Below, piece after piece: positions 18,825 through 30,730 of a DNA stretch of 64,000 bases; position 1 is the stretch's first letter, and each line of letters starts with the position of its first letter. The stretch is from NCBI GenBank assembly GCA_963693365.1, contig CAVNZM010000009.1:9735743-9799742 (forward strand), written 5' to 3'. This DNA comes from Amoebidium appalachense (lineage: Eukaryota > Protista > Ichthyosporea). Both the position numbers and the translations under genes were made by a program. The notes under the pieces were generated by a model, which made no database searches, was not told the origin of the DNA, and saw only the letters and a program-made list of their open reading frames with translations.

Positions 18825-19718
18825 TTATAAGCATCGGGTTTTTTCACTAACTACCCACAGAGTAGCTTCTAGCACGATAAATTCACCACAAATTATAAGG
18901 GGAGATGGTGAATGTGCCCTTGGAGTACGAGGGCCACACGAAAAAAACACAACGTTGTAGCTCGAATAGAACCCCCCTTGTAGCATAGTATATGTACATG
19001 TGTTACTTACACATTATTGGTTTTTTCAATAACTACCCACAGAACAGCTTCTAGCACGAGACATTTACCACACAGTTTATGGGGGGGATGGTGAATGTGC
19101 CCCTGGAGTACGAGGGTCACACGAAAAAAACACAACGTTGTAGCTCGAATAGAACCCCCCTTGTGGCATAATATATGTACATGTGTTACTTACACATTAT
19201 TGGTTATTTCAATAACTACCCACAGAACAGCCTCTCGCACGAGATATTTACCACAAAGTTTATGGGGGGGATAGTGAATGTGCCCCTGGAGTACGAGAGT
19301 CACACGAAAAAAACACAACGTTGTAGCTCGAATAGAACCCCCCTTGTAGCATAATATATGTATATGTGTTACCTAGACATTATTGGTTTTTTCAATAACT
19401 ACCCACAGAACAGCTTCTAGCACGAGACATTTACCACACAGTTTATGGGGGGGATGTTGAATGTGCCCCTGGAGTACGAGGGTCACACAAAAAAAACACA
19501 ACGTTGTAGCTCGAATAGAACCCCCCTTGTAGCTGATAATATATGTACATGTGTTACTTACACATTATTGGTTTTTTCGATAACTACCCACAGAACAGCT
19601 TCTAGCACGAGACATTTACCACACAGTTTATGGGGGGGATGGTGAATGTGCCCTTGGAGTACGAGGGTCACACGAAAAAAACACAACGTTGTAGCTCGTA
19701 TAGAACCCCCCTTGTAGC
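18825..19718. repeat. Second array of the 181-bp satellite, about 5 copies, ending at Ngaro copy 2
   Basis: Same unit and orientation as 2705-3715. The last unit ends ...cccccttgtagc directly at the Ngaro start ggttttattt. Confidence 0.95.
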
Positions 19719-20107
19719 GGTTTTATTTGTGGAAATTATTGACATAAATATTTTTCTGGGTAAACACGTAGGATGGGTGTTCGATACCAACATAACCATG
19801 TAGGCTTCATTTCGTGTTTTAGCAGTTAGCGGTTGGCTGCCCGCACACGGGCACCTATTAGCCAGTCAAAACATCAGATACCACAGATCACTAGACCGAG
19901 TTATGATTGGCTCGGATCAGATTTCACATATCACTAGATCGATTTTTGATTGGTTCAGATCGGTAGGCTTAGGTATATAAGCACGACAGTTTTTAGCAGA
20001 TCAGCAAGCTACAAACACATCTTCTGTGTTTAGCATCCACAGCCTTACAGCTATATATTCCTTTTCATTCCTTTTCATTCTCCCTATCTTTCCCTACGCC
20101 GGTCAGC

Positions 20108-21277
20108 ATGCCGCCGAAAAAGCGCCCGGCCTCAGCCGCCGCCCCTGCCGCGGCACCTAAGCGCCTGACCCGCAGCGACCTCCGCCACAGGCTGACCAAC
20201 GCTCCCGCGGACACTGACGCGCCTCCAGCGGCCCATACCACCACGGACCCGGACCCGCCGGCTACTCTCCCCTCCACCCCTGAAGTCCCCCCTCAGGCCC
20301 CGCCGTCCCCGCAGATGACTTCTCAAGACGCCGTCCTGGCCGCCCTCACCGCCATCAGCACCCAGATGGCTGGCGTCCTGGCTGCTCTCACCAACCGCGA
20401 CCCTCCCGCGCCCCCCGCCGCGCCCTCCACACCCGGGGAGGTTTCCCCGGGGCTGCATCTCGGCCCTGACCTTGACCTGCCTGCCCTGCCCGCGCCCCCC
20501 ATCACAGGTGAGAACACTGGCGACATTCAGCCGGGCACACTCCCGCTTCCCCCCGCGGATGTGCTGGCAGATTTGCGCGCCAATCGTTTCGTCGACCTGT
20601 ATAAGTTCACCCCCGCCGCCCTCCTGGCCCCATCCAAGAAAGGTCAGCATCTGCGCATGGCCGACGACGGCAGCATCGAGACTTTTCGCCAAGACAAACC
20701 CGTTCCCCTGCGTTCACTCGTCATTTGGATCCAAGCTTGGACCCATTACATGGCCGCCAAGCGCCACCTCGGCCTTCCCACGGACAAAGACGTACTTTGG
20801 ACTCAGCACATCACTCGCCTCAGCACCCGATACCCGTGGGCCCAGATCCACAACTATGACGTATACGCCCGCACCGTGGCCCACCAGCAGGGTCGGGCTC
20901 CGATCGAGTGCCCCAACCTGCTCGCCCAACTCCACCAGGATCTCCTCCTGCCACCCACCCTGCTCATCCAGGACGCATGTCAGCGCTGTGGCTTCCCCGA
21001 CCACCCCAGCGCGGCCTGCCCCATGTACCCCAAGCCCGGCTGTGGTCTTGACGGCTTTAAGCCGCCCCACAAACCCGGCGGGGGTCACACCCCTAACCGC
21101 CCTGGCCCGCAACCCGGCCCGGCCAAACCGGCCCGACCCGTAGATCTACCCGCGACGCACTGCAGGAATTTCCACATTAACGGTCGGTCCTGCGCTAAGC
21201 AGCCCTGCCCCTTCTCCCACGTGTGCCCGCTCTGCTCTGGCACACACCCCCGCAAAGACTGCAAGCACAATGCCTAG
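20108..21277 (+). CDS. Gag-like protein of Ngaro element (389 aa)
   Basis: ATG start. Contains the CQRCGFPDHPSAAC knuckle and the C-terminal CRNFH...C...CPFSHVCPLCSGTHPRKDC zinc fingers typical of YR-element gag. Confidence 0.9.
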   Translation: MPPKKRPASAAAPAAAPKRLTRSDLRHRLTNAPADTDAPPAAHTTTDPDPPATLPSTPEVPPQAPPSPQMTSQDAVLAALTAISTQMAGVLAALTNRDPPAPPAAPSTPGEVSPGLHLGPDLDLPALPAPPITGENTGDIQPGTLPLPPADVLADLRANRFVDLYKFTPAALLAPSKKGQHLRMADDGSIETFRQDKPVPLRSLVIWIQAWTHYMAAKRHLGLPTDKDVLWTQHITRLSTRYPWAQIHNYDVYARTVAHQQGRAPIECPNLLAQLHQDLLLPPTLLIQDACQRCGFPDHPSAACPMYPKPGCGLDGFKPPHKPGGGHTPNRPGPQPGPAKPARPVDLPATHCRNFHINGRSCAKQPCPFSHVCPLCSGTHPRKDCKHNA

Positions 21278-21557
21278 TCTACGCGCACACCCACACACAC
21301 AGCTAGAACATAGGGGTTCGGAGCTAGGACACACGAGTACAGGGAAACGGAGCTCGGGAGAACGGGCCAATAGGGCTGAGTACAAAATTTCGCAGGCCAA
21401 CTACGGCGCCCGCGCGCGTCAAGAATAAATGTCCCTATACAAAGACGTTTATTCTGGCCACTGCACATAATTTTACTCCCCCCCCCCCCCCATCCCACGA
21501 GCCTCCCCCCCTTACACTCACCTAGCACTCCCTCCCCCCCCCCCTTCTTCTACCGCT

Positions 21558-21672
21558 GTGTCCGCCCACACCCCCGCGTGCTCGGGCACATTCCCCTGCA
21601 CAGGGCCCCGCTGCCCTCCCTGCCAACCCTCACTTGGGCCAAGCTGCCCTACTCTAACCCCCCGGGGCCCTG

Positions 21673-21718
<46 letters not shown>

Positions 21719-23402
21719 CTGCCGGGATCTCCCCAAGGGTACACCACCCTTGCTAACCACCCCCTTCCCCCGAGGCTCAGACCCGGAGGCCCGCCCGCTG
21801 CCCCAGCACCACATTGACACCTCCCGCCTCCGGGAACTGCTGGCCTCCTACCCGGACCAACCATTCGCCGCACAACTCCTCCACGATGTCGAATTCGGCG
21901 TCGACATCGGCTATCGCGGCCCCTCCACCTCTCGGGTGGGCCCCAACCTACCCACCACCCCGGAGGCAGCTGCCGCTATCACGGTGGATATTGCCAAAGA
22001 AGTCGCCCTCGGCCACCTGCGCGGCCCCCTCTCCCCGGCCCAATTCTTTGACGAATTTCCCGTCCACCGTTCCTCCCCCATCGGCGCCGTTACCAAGAAA
22101 GGGAACCCCCCCAGGTACCGTCGAATCCACCACCTCTCCTGGCCCCGGGGTAGCAGTGTCAATGACAGCATCACCTACCCCGACGAACTTCAGTACATTC
22201 GCGCCCGGGATGTCACCCAACTCATTCTCGACGCAGGCCCCGGCTGCTACATGGCCGTGGCAGATGTGCAGGCTGCCTTCCGGCACATGCCCATCCGACC
22301 GGAAGACCACCACTTAATGGCATTCAAATGGCAAGGGCATTTTTACGTTGAAACCAGACTGCCCTTCGGCCTGAAATCTAGCCCAGCCATCTGGGAACGG
22401 ATCGCGGCCACCCTACAGTGGCTGGCACACCAGCACGGTATTACCCTCATCCGCCACTACGTAGACGACTGGATTATAGTCGCCCCCACACAACAGCAGT
22501 GCCAACGTCACCTATCCACCTTTCTGCAACTCTGCCGAGAGCTGCACATTGCCATCTCCGAAGACAAGATGCAGGGCCCGGCTACCCGTGTCGTCTTCAT
22601 CGGTATCGAATTCGACTCCATCGCCATGGAGGCACGAATCCCGGCTTCCAAGCTCTCGGACCTACTCGACCTCACTTCCCACCCAAAGCCCACCATCACC
22701 ATTCGGGACCTCCAGTCCCTCCTCGGCAAACTCACCTGGTGTGCCCAGCTGGTTCCCCCCGGGAGGGCCTTCTCCCAGCGCCTATGGGCCCTTCTCCGGA
22801 CCCACCCACACCTTGCCGGCCACCACCACATACGACTGACTGCTGCCGCCCGGGCCGACATAGCCGAATGGCACCAGTTCCTCACATCATGGAATGGGGT
22901 GCACCTCATCACACCCCCCACATACACCACCCTGGCCACTGATGCTGCCGGATCGGTGGGTCTAGGTGGCCACTGGCTCGACCAATGGTTCTTCATGCCC
23001 TGGTCCCCCTCCACCCAAGCCCTCTATGCTCATGAGGGTAAACTCGGTTCTTCCGTCATCGAACTCCTGGCCATCGCAGCCGCCGTGGCCCTCTGGGCCC
23101 CCTCCTGGTCCACCCTCCATGTCCGTATTTTATGCGACAACACGGGTGCTGTGTCTGACCTGCACTCCCGGTCTTCCCCCCACCCCGTGATGGCCAAACT
23201 TGTTCGGTTCATCACCCGCATGGAAATGCAATACCAATTTACGTTACAGGCATCCTACCTACCAGGACCCCTCAACCATCTGGCCGATGCCATTTCTCGT
23301 AACCAACTTCCCCGGGCCCGACGACTCCGACCTTCCCTGCAACCGGAGCCCTGCCCCTTCCCCTCCTGGGTCCACGAGTTCCTATCCCTTCCCTTGGGCT
23401 AA
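21558..23402 (+). CDS. Reverse transcriptase-RNase H of Ngaro element (no ATG at ORF start; predicted spliced entry at 21781)
   Basis: RT motifs RRIHHLS, DVQAAFRHMPI, LPFGLKSSP, YVDD and FIGIEFD. RNase H motifs TDAAG, ELLAI, CDN and NHLADAISR. Confidence 0.95.
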
Positions 23403-23432
23403 CACCCCCCCCCCCCCCCCCCCCCCCCCCAG

Positions 23433-24493
23433 ATCTCCCGTTCCGGAGCAACACTGGCAGATTGGCCCCCCACTTTGCTCCGGCCGAGCTGCTTCGAGCC
23501 ACCACTACCCTGCAGGAATGCCAGGCCCTGAGTCTCAACCTCGACTCTCGGGCCTTTTACTCCCGGGTGCAAAAAGTGTTCATCGATTTCTGTGTGGCAT
23601 CTCGGCTGCAATCCTCCTCCGGGTCCTCCCTCCCGGCCTCCCCACACACCGTGCAACTTTTTCTCGCCTGGTGTGCCCAACGAGGGGTACAGGCCTCTTC
23701 CTTAACCGGCTACAATTCGGCCATCACCAGGCTCCACCTCGACATGGGCCTCCCTGCTCCCTACCCCCACGACAAGTCTCTGGCCTGGTTCCTACGGGGG
23801 GTGGGCCGATGGCAGCTTTCTCACAACATCCGACCCCGCTCATCCACCAGGGAACCCCTCCTCCCCTCCCACCTCCACCTACTCCACGGCCAGTGCCCCA
23901 CCAAGGCCTCCTCGGCCAATCTCCGGCTATGGACGGCCCTCATCGTCGGTTTCTGTGGTCTCCTCCGTTCAGGGGAATTTACCTCCAAGACCCTGACTTC
24001 TTTCGACCCGTCCCGTCACGTTAAACGGAAGGACGTGACCTTCAGCTACACCCCCACCGGTACTTTGTCCCATGCCACCCTCCACCTGCCAACCTCTAAG
24101 ACGGATGTACAGGCCCGAGGTGTCAACGTCACCCTAGCTGCCCTGCCCCTCACCCACTTCTCCCCAGCCCATCTCCTCCGGCAGTTCCTGGATACAACGT
24201 CCGGTCAACCCGACGACCCCCTCTTCAGTCTCGGTGGCATCCCCTACACCAAGAGTGCTTTCTCTGCCGATTTCCGTGCCCTCCTCTCCCGGGCAGGCCT
24301 CTCACCCTCCCGGTTTGCCGGACACAGCCTCCGCATCGGGGGGGCCACAGCACTGGCTGAGGCCGGGGTCGACGACTCCCGGATCAAACAACTCGGCCGG
24401 TGGTCCTCCGACTGCTTCCTGATCTATACCCGACTTCGTCCGGCCTCCATTGCTGCCACCACCACACGTGTATTCGCCTCTATTCTTAAGTGA
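23433..24493 (+). CDS. Tyrosine recombinase of Ngaro element (no initiating ATG; predicted splice acceptor at 23432)
   Basis: Catalytic R-K-H-R-W-Y set: GLLRSGE, SKTD, GHSLRIGGAT and LGRWSSDCFLIY. Confidence 0.95.
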
Positions 24494-26413
24494 AACCTTT
24501 GGAGCAAGCATACTGCTCTCGTGCCGTGGTTTACAACCATTGCAGGTTCACTTTCGTCCAAGGGGATGTCCCCCTAGAGGCAACACACGTCCCGGAGTAG
24601 TTTTTTCATAGAGGTTTTATTTGTGGAAATTATTGACATAAATATTTTTCTGGGTAAACACGTAGGATGGGTGTTCGATACCAACATAACCATGTAGGCT
24701 TCATTTCGTGTTTTAGCAGTTAGCGGTTGGCTGCCCGCACACGGGCACCTATTAGCCAGTCAAAACATCAGATACCACAGATCACTAGACCGAGTTATGA
24801 TTGGCTCGGATCAGATTTCACATATCACTAGATCGATTTTTGATTGGCTCAGATCGGTAGGCTTAGGTATATAAGCACGACAGTTTTTAGCAGATCAGCA
24901 AGCTACAAACACATCTTCTGTGTTTAGCATCCACAGCCTTACAGCTATATATTCCTTTTCACCCACCCACCTACACCCACACACAACCCCCATTGATCCA
25001 CACATACGTGCTGTTTTTTCACGGGGCGAAGACTTCCCCCGTTTTTTGGGCACATGGACCTCACGGATCAATAAATTGATGACTGGGGGCTTGCCGTGGT
25101 TTACAACCATTGCAGGTTCACTTTCGTCCAAGGGGATGTCCCCCTAGAGGCAACACACGTCCCGGAATAGTTTTCATAGATTGTCATATTGTATGTGTCC
25201 TTACAGTGATTTTATGACGTTTGATGTATGATATCATTATCATACATGGAACATGCCATTATGCATGTAAGGATGGTTTTATGACGCACCAAAAAGCACA
25301 TTGTGCATGTGCATAGCACACCGTTACAACATATGCAAGTGCACATTACGACGTCAAATGTATTAATATGCGTCATCTACATTATATGTCGTAATGTCCT
25401 CCTATGCATCTGTTTACAACATCGTAATGTAATCTGTAGTAGGATGCAAATCACATCTTATGATAGGTCATGGGATAGCACAAACCCACCCATGGTATAT
25501 CCACTGGTTGTGTTTCGGATGTCGGAAAGGGCGCCGGAACGATTGGATTTCGATCTATTTTTATAATCAACTGGATGGGTTTGCAGTGCTCCATTGCATT
25601 GCTTTACAACATACAATAGACATACATGTGATAGTCATAGGTATTTGATCAAGAGAGTATTAATACCATACATTCGATACGTTTACAATGCTCCGTTATA
25701 TGGCTTTACATCAGACCATAGACATGCATAAGATCGTCCACAGGGTGGCGTTCTGATCCTCCCGTAGACGGTGTTACGACTGTCTGAATGCTCCCTGGCC
25801 GCCGTCATATACCCACCGACTAGACGTCGTATGTTGAATCTATTGCACGTCCATTGCACGTCGGTAAGATGGCTACATTGCACATGCATTGAACAAGCAC
25901 TCGCGGGGGTCTATGTACGTCCATTGGTGCATCGGGTGTCGGACCGAGCATATTACGACACATCCATTGGACATCGGGGAGCAATGATATGTATTTGGGG
26001 TTAGTTTTGGAGGGGTTGAGGGGTTTCCGATGTCGTCGGGTAGTTTAGGTTTTATTTGTGGAAATTATTGACATAAATATTTTTCTGGGTAAACACGTAG
26101 GATGGGTGTCCGATATCAACAGGCTTCGTTTCATGTTTTAGCAGTTCGCGTTCGGCTGCCCGCATACGGGCACCTATTAGCCGATCAAAACATCAGATTC
26201 CACAGATCACTAGACCGAGTTTGATTGGCTCAGGATAAGATTTCACATAACACTAGATCGGTTTTGATTGGCTCAGTTCGGCAGCCTTAGGTATATAAGC
26301 ACGACAGTTTTTAGCAGATCAGCAAGCAACAACACATTCTGTGTTTAGCACCTACAGCTTTACAGCTATATTTTCTTTTCATTCTCTCCCTATCTTTCCC
26401 TACGCCGGTCAGC

Positions 26414-27347
26414 ATGCCGCCGAAAAAGCGCCAGGCCTCAGCCGCCGCCCCTGCCGCGGCACCTAAGCGCCTGACCCGCAGAGACCTCCGCCGCGCCCTC
26501 CACACCCGGGGAGATTTCCCTGGGGCTGCATCTCGGCCCTGACCTGGATCTACCTGCCCTGCCCGTGCCCCCCATTACAGGTGAGAACACTGGCGACATT
26601 CAGCCGGGCACACTCCCGCTTCCCCCCGCGGATGTGCTGGCAGATTTGCGCGCCAATCGTTTCGTCGACCTGTATAAGTTCACCCCCGCCGCCCTCCTGG
26701 CCCCATCCAAGAAAGGTCAGCATCTGCGCATGGCCGAAGACGGCAGCATCGAGACTGTTCGCCAAGACAAACCTCTTCCCCTGCGTTCACTCGTCATTTG
26801 GATCCAAGCTTGGACCCATTACATGGCCGCCAAGCACCACCTCGGCCTCCCCACGGACAAAGAGGTACTTTGGACTCAGCACATCACTCGCCTCAGCACC
26901 CGATACCCGTGGGCCCAGATCCACAACTATGACGTATACGCCCGAACCGTTGCCCACCAGCAGGGTCGGGCTCCGATCGAGTGTCCCAACCTGCTCGCCC
27001 AACTCCACCAGGATCTCCTCCTGCCACCCACTCTGGTCATACCGGACGCCTGTCAGCGCTGCGGCTTCCCCGACCACCACAGCGCGGCCTGCCCCATGTA
27101 CCCCAAGCCCGGCTGTGGTCTTGATGGTTTCGAGCCGCCCCACAAGCCCGGCGGGGGCCAAACCCCCAACCGACCCGGCCCGCAACCCGGCCCGGCACCA
27201 CCGGCCCGACCCGTGGATCTACCCGCGACACACTGCAGGAATTTCCACAACGGTCGGTCCTGCGCTAAGCAGCCCTGCCCCTTCTCCCACGTGTGCCCGC
27301 TCTGCTCTGGCACACACCCCCGCAAAGACTGCAAGCACATTGCCTAG
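26414..27347 (+). pseudogene. Ngaro gag with frameshifting N-terminal deletion
   Basis: MPPKKRQ start, deletion at about 26490 through ccgcc microhomology; the remainder is near-identical to the C-terminal two thirds of 20108-21277. Confidence 0.85.
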
Positions 27348-27758
27348 TCTACGCGCACACCCACACCCACAGATAGAACATAGGGGCTAGGAGCTAGGTT
27401 ACACGGGTCCAAGGACACGGAGCTCGGGAAAAACGGGGCGCTAGGGCTGAGTAACAATTTTCGCAGGCCAACTACGGCGCCCGCGCGCGCCAAGAATAAA
27501 TGTCCCTACACAAAGACGTTATTCTGGCCACTGCACATAATTTTACTCCCCCCCCCCCATCCCACGAGCCTCCCCCCCTTACACTCACCTAGCACTCCCT
27601 CCCCCCCCCCTTCTTCTAACTCTGTGTACGCCCACACCCGCGCGTGCTCGGGCATCCCCTGCACAGGGCCCCGCTGCCCTCCCTGCAAACCCTCCCTCGG
27701 GCCCTGCTGCCCTACTCTAAACCCACCGGGGCCCTGCTGCCCCCCCCCCCCCCCCCCC

Positions 27759-28660
27759 TGTCATCTTCACTTGATTCTCAGCAAGACTTAAAAGACAAAA
27801 AATCTTAACATAATGACCTTGGTCATTTTCCGGGATTATGTTAGCGCTTTTAACAAGGGGGCCAATACATTTAGCATAATAGTTCATAAGGCAATCAGGA
27901 CCCTTATAAACCCCCATTATTTAGTACAGTATGTGAATGTGAAAGGGTTTAGTGTCATCTTCACTTGATTCTCAGCAAGACTTAGAAGTTGAGTTTTGTA
28001 TTTATTTATTAGTTGTTATAGTTTGTTTCCTTTTCCTTTCTTCATTTCTTTCTTTCTTTTCCGTTTCCGTGTACACGACATCTTAGATCTGTGTACGTAT
28101 CGACATACTTAGCTCGCGCACACGTATTGTCGTTTGCGTCAAAATCTATATATGTCATCCAATCATATCTCGTTTGTATTTTCCCAAATATAGTAACTTA
28201 CATTCCTTTCTCATTCCTTTCCCACGACGTAGCATTGTGCTATGTTCTTCAACTATTAGGAATAATTATATTTAGACGTGTTATGATAAGAACATGTATA
28301 AATATATGTTATGAATTAATAGTTACATAAGTGGTTTCATTTTATTAAATGTTTCCGTGCTTTTATTAGAAGTTTCTTTCATTAGAGGATTGAGTTTTAT
28401 ATTCTAAATGTCGACAGACATTTTATTCGATATATTTTACACTCATAGTTTTCGTCCTTTTGATTGGTTTATCGTTTCACATTCCCAAGTATAAAAGGGA
28501 CCTCATCTTGAAATAAATCATAAGCAGTCGTATTCATTTCCTATGGTTCCAGAAATCGTTCCTCCTCTCCGGTTGTGTTTTTCCCGTGTGTCTTTGTGTT
28601 GTGTATATCATAACACCCATCTGTGCTCTCTGCTTCTCCGTTTACCCACACAAAATAACA
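27759..28660. mobile_element. Solo LTR-like insertion (about 902 bp) in a poly-C tract
   Basis: AT-rich segment TGTCAT...ATAACA interrupts the Ngaro poly-C, with C-runs on both sides. Its first about 31 bp are repeated internally at about 27953. Confidence 0.75.
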
Positions 28661-29025
28661 CCCCCCCCCCCGATGCCGGGATCTCCCCGAGGGTGCCCCA
28701 CCCTTGCTAACCACCCCCTTCCCCCCGAGGCTCAGCCCCCGGAGGCCCGCCCGCTGCCCCGGAGGCCCGCCCGCTGCCCCAACACCACGGTGACACCTCC
28801 CGCCTCCGGGAGCTGCTGGCCCCCCTACCCAGCCCAATCATTCGCCGCGCAGCTCCTACGTAACCAACTTCTCCGGACCCAACGACTCCGACCTTACCTG
28901 CAACCGGAGCCCTGCCCCTTCCCTTCTGGGTCCACAAATTCTTATCCCTTCCCCTGGGCTCACCCCCCCCCCCCCCGGCCCCCCCCCCCCCCCCAGATCT
29001 CCCCTTCCGGAGCAACGCTGGCCGA

Positions 29026-30057
29026 TTGGCCCCCCACTTTGCTCCGGCCGAGCTGCTTCGTGCCACCACTACCCTGCAGGAATGCCAGGCCCTGAGTCTC
29101 AACCTCGACTCTCGGGCCTTTTACTCCCGGGTGCAAAAAATATTCATCGATTTTTGTGTGGCATCTCGGCTGCAATCCTCCGCCGGGTCCTCCCTCCCGG
29201 CCTCCCCCCACACCGTGCAGCTTTTTCTCGCCTGTTGTGCCCAACGAGGGGTACAGGCCTCTTCCTTGGCCGGCTACAATTCGGCCATCACCAGACTCCA
29301 CCTCGACATGGGCCTCCCTGCTCCCTACCCCCACGACAAGTCTCTGGCCTGGTTCCTCCGAGGGGTGGGCAGATGGCAGCTTTCTCACAACATCCGACCC
29401 CGATCATCCACCAGGGAGCCCCTCCTGCCCTCCCACCTCAGCCTACTCCATGGCCAGTGCCCTACCAAGGCCTCCTCGGCCAATCTACGGCTATGGACGG
29501 CCCTCATCGTCGGTTTCTATGGTCTCCTCCGTTCAGGGGGATTTACCTCCAAGACCCTGACTTCTTTCGACCCGTCCCGTCATGTTAAACGGAAAGACGT
29601 GACCTTCACCTACACCCCCACCGGTATTTTGTCCCATGCCACCCTCCACCTGCCAACCTCTAAGACGGATGTACAGGCCCGAGGTGTCAACGTCACTCTA
29701 GCTGCCCTGCCCCTCACCCACTTCTCCCCAGCCCATCTCCTCCGTCAGTTCCTGGATACAACGTCCGGTCAACCCGACGACCCCCTCTTCAGTCTCGGTG
29801 GCATCCCCTACACCAAGAGTGCTTTCTCTGCCGACTTCCGTGCCCTCCTCTCCCGGGCAGGCCTCTCACCCTCCCGGTTTGCCGGACACAGCCTCCGCAT
29901 CGGGGGGGCCACAGCACTGGCTGAGGCCGGGGTCGACGACTCCCGGATCAAACAACTCGGCAGGTGGTCCTCCGACTGTTTCCTGATCTATACCCGACTT
30001 CGTCCGGCCTCCATTGCTGCCACTACCACACGTGTATTCGCCTCTATTCTTAAGTGA
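29026..30057 (+). CDS. Tyrosine recombinase, uninterrupted ORF in RT-less Ngaro copy 3
   Basis: 343-aa ORF near-identical to 23462-24493. RHRY residues are retained; LRSGE is changed to LRSGG. Confidence 0.9.
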   Translation: MAPHFAPAELLRATTTLQECQALSLNLDSRAFYSRVQKIFIDFCVASRLQSSAGSSLPASPHTVQLFLACCAQRGVQASSLAGYNSAITRLHLDMGLPAPYPHDKSLAWFLRGVGRWQLSHNIRPRSSTREPLLPSHLSLLHGQCPTKASSANLRLWTALIVGFYGLLRSGGFTSKTLTSFDPSRHVKRKDVTFTYTPTGILSHATLHLPTSKTDVQARGVNVTLAALPLTHFSPAHLLRQFLDTTSGQPDDPLFSLGGIPYTKSAFSADFRALLSRAGLSPSRFAGHSLRIGGATALAEAGVDDSRIKQLGRWSSDCFLIYTRLRPASIAATTTRVFASILK

Positions 30058-30730
30058 AACCTTTGGAGCAAGCATACTGCTCTCGTGCCGTGGTTTACAA
30101 CCATTGCAGGTTCACTTTCGTCCAAGGGGATGTCCCCCTAGAGGCAACACACGTCCCGGAGTAGTTTTCATAGAGGTTTTATTTGTGGAAATTATTGACA
30201 TAAATATTTTTCTGGGTAAACACGTAGGATGGGTGTCCGATATCAACAGGCTTCGTTTCATGTTTTAGCAGTTCGCGTTCGGCTGCCCGCATACGGGCAC
30301 CTATTAGCCGATCAAAACATCAGATTCCACAGATCACTAGACCGAGTTTGATTGGCTCAGGATAAGATTTCACATAACACTAGATCGGTTTTGATTGGCT
30401 CAGTTCGGCAGCCTTAGGTATATAAGCACGACAGTTTTTAGCAGATCAGCAAGCAACAACACATCTTCTGTGTTTAGCACCTACAGCTTTACAGCTATAT
30501 TTTCTTTTCACCCACCCACCTACACCCTACACTCAACCCCCATTGATCCCCACATACGTGCTGTTTTTTCACGGGGCGAAGACTTCCCCCGTTTTTTGGG
30601 CACAAGGACCTCACGGATCAATAAATTGATGACTGGGGGCTTGCCGTGGTTTACAACCATTGCAGGTTCACTTTCGTCCAAGGGGATGTCCCCCTAGAGG
30701 CAACACACGTCCCGGAGTAGTTTTCATAGA

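Larger units (their letters stand above)
19719..25180 (+). mobile_element. Full-length Ngaro/DIRS-type tyrosine-recombinase retrotransposon (copy 2) with split direct repeats A1...B1-A2-B2
   Basis: A1 19719-about 20068 equals A2 24613-about 24961, and B1 24522-24612 equals B2 25092-25180. It has three uninterrupted ORFs (gag, RT-RNase H, YR), no DDE integrase or protease, and no TSD. Confidence 0.97.
26048..30730 (+). mobile_element. Ngaro copy 3, RT-deleted non-autonomous subfamily, containing a solo LTR
   Basis: A1 starts at 26048, B1 30086-30174, A2 30175-about 30510, B2 about 30642-30730. The RT deletion junction matches copy 1 (gcagctcct(a/c)cgtaaccaactt). Confidence 0.95.

Noticed and set aside
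21558-24493. DNA methyltransferase domain as found in some DIRS elements
   Set aside because: RNase H ends at 23402 and YR follows directly; no methyltransferase motifs were seen.
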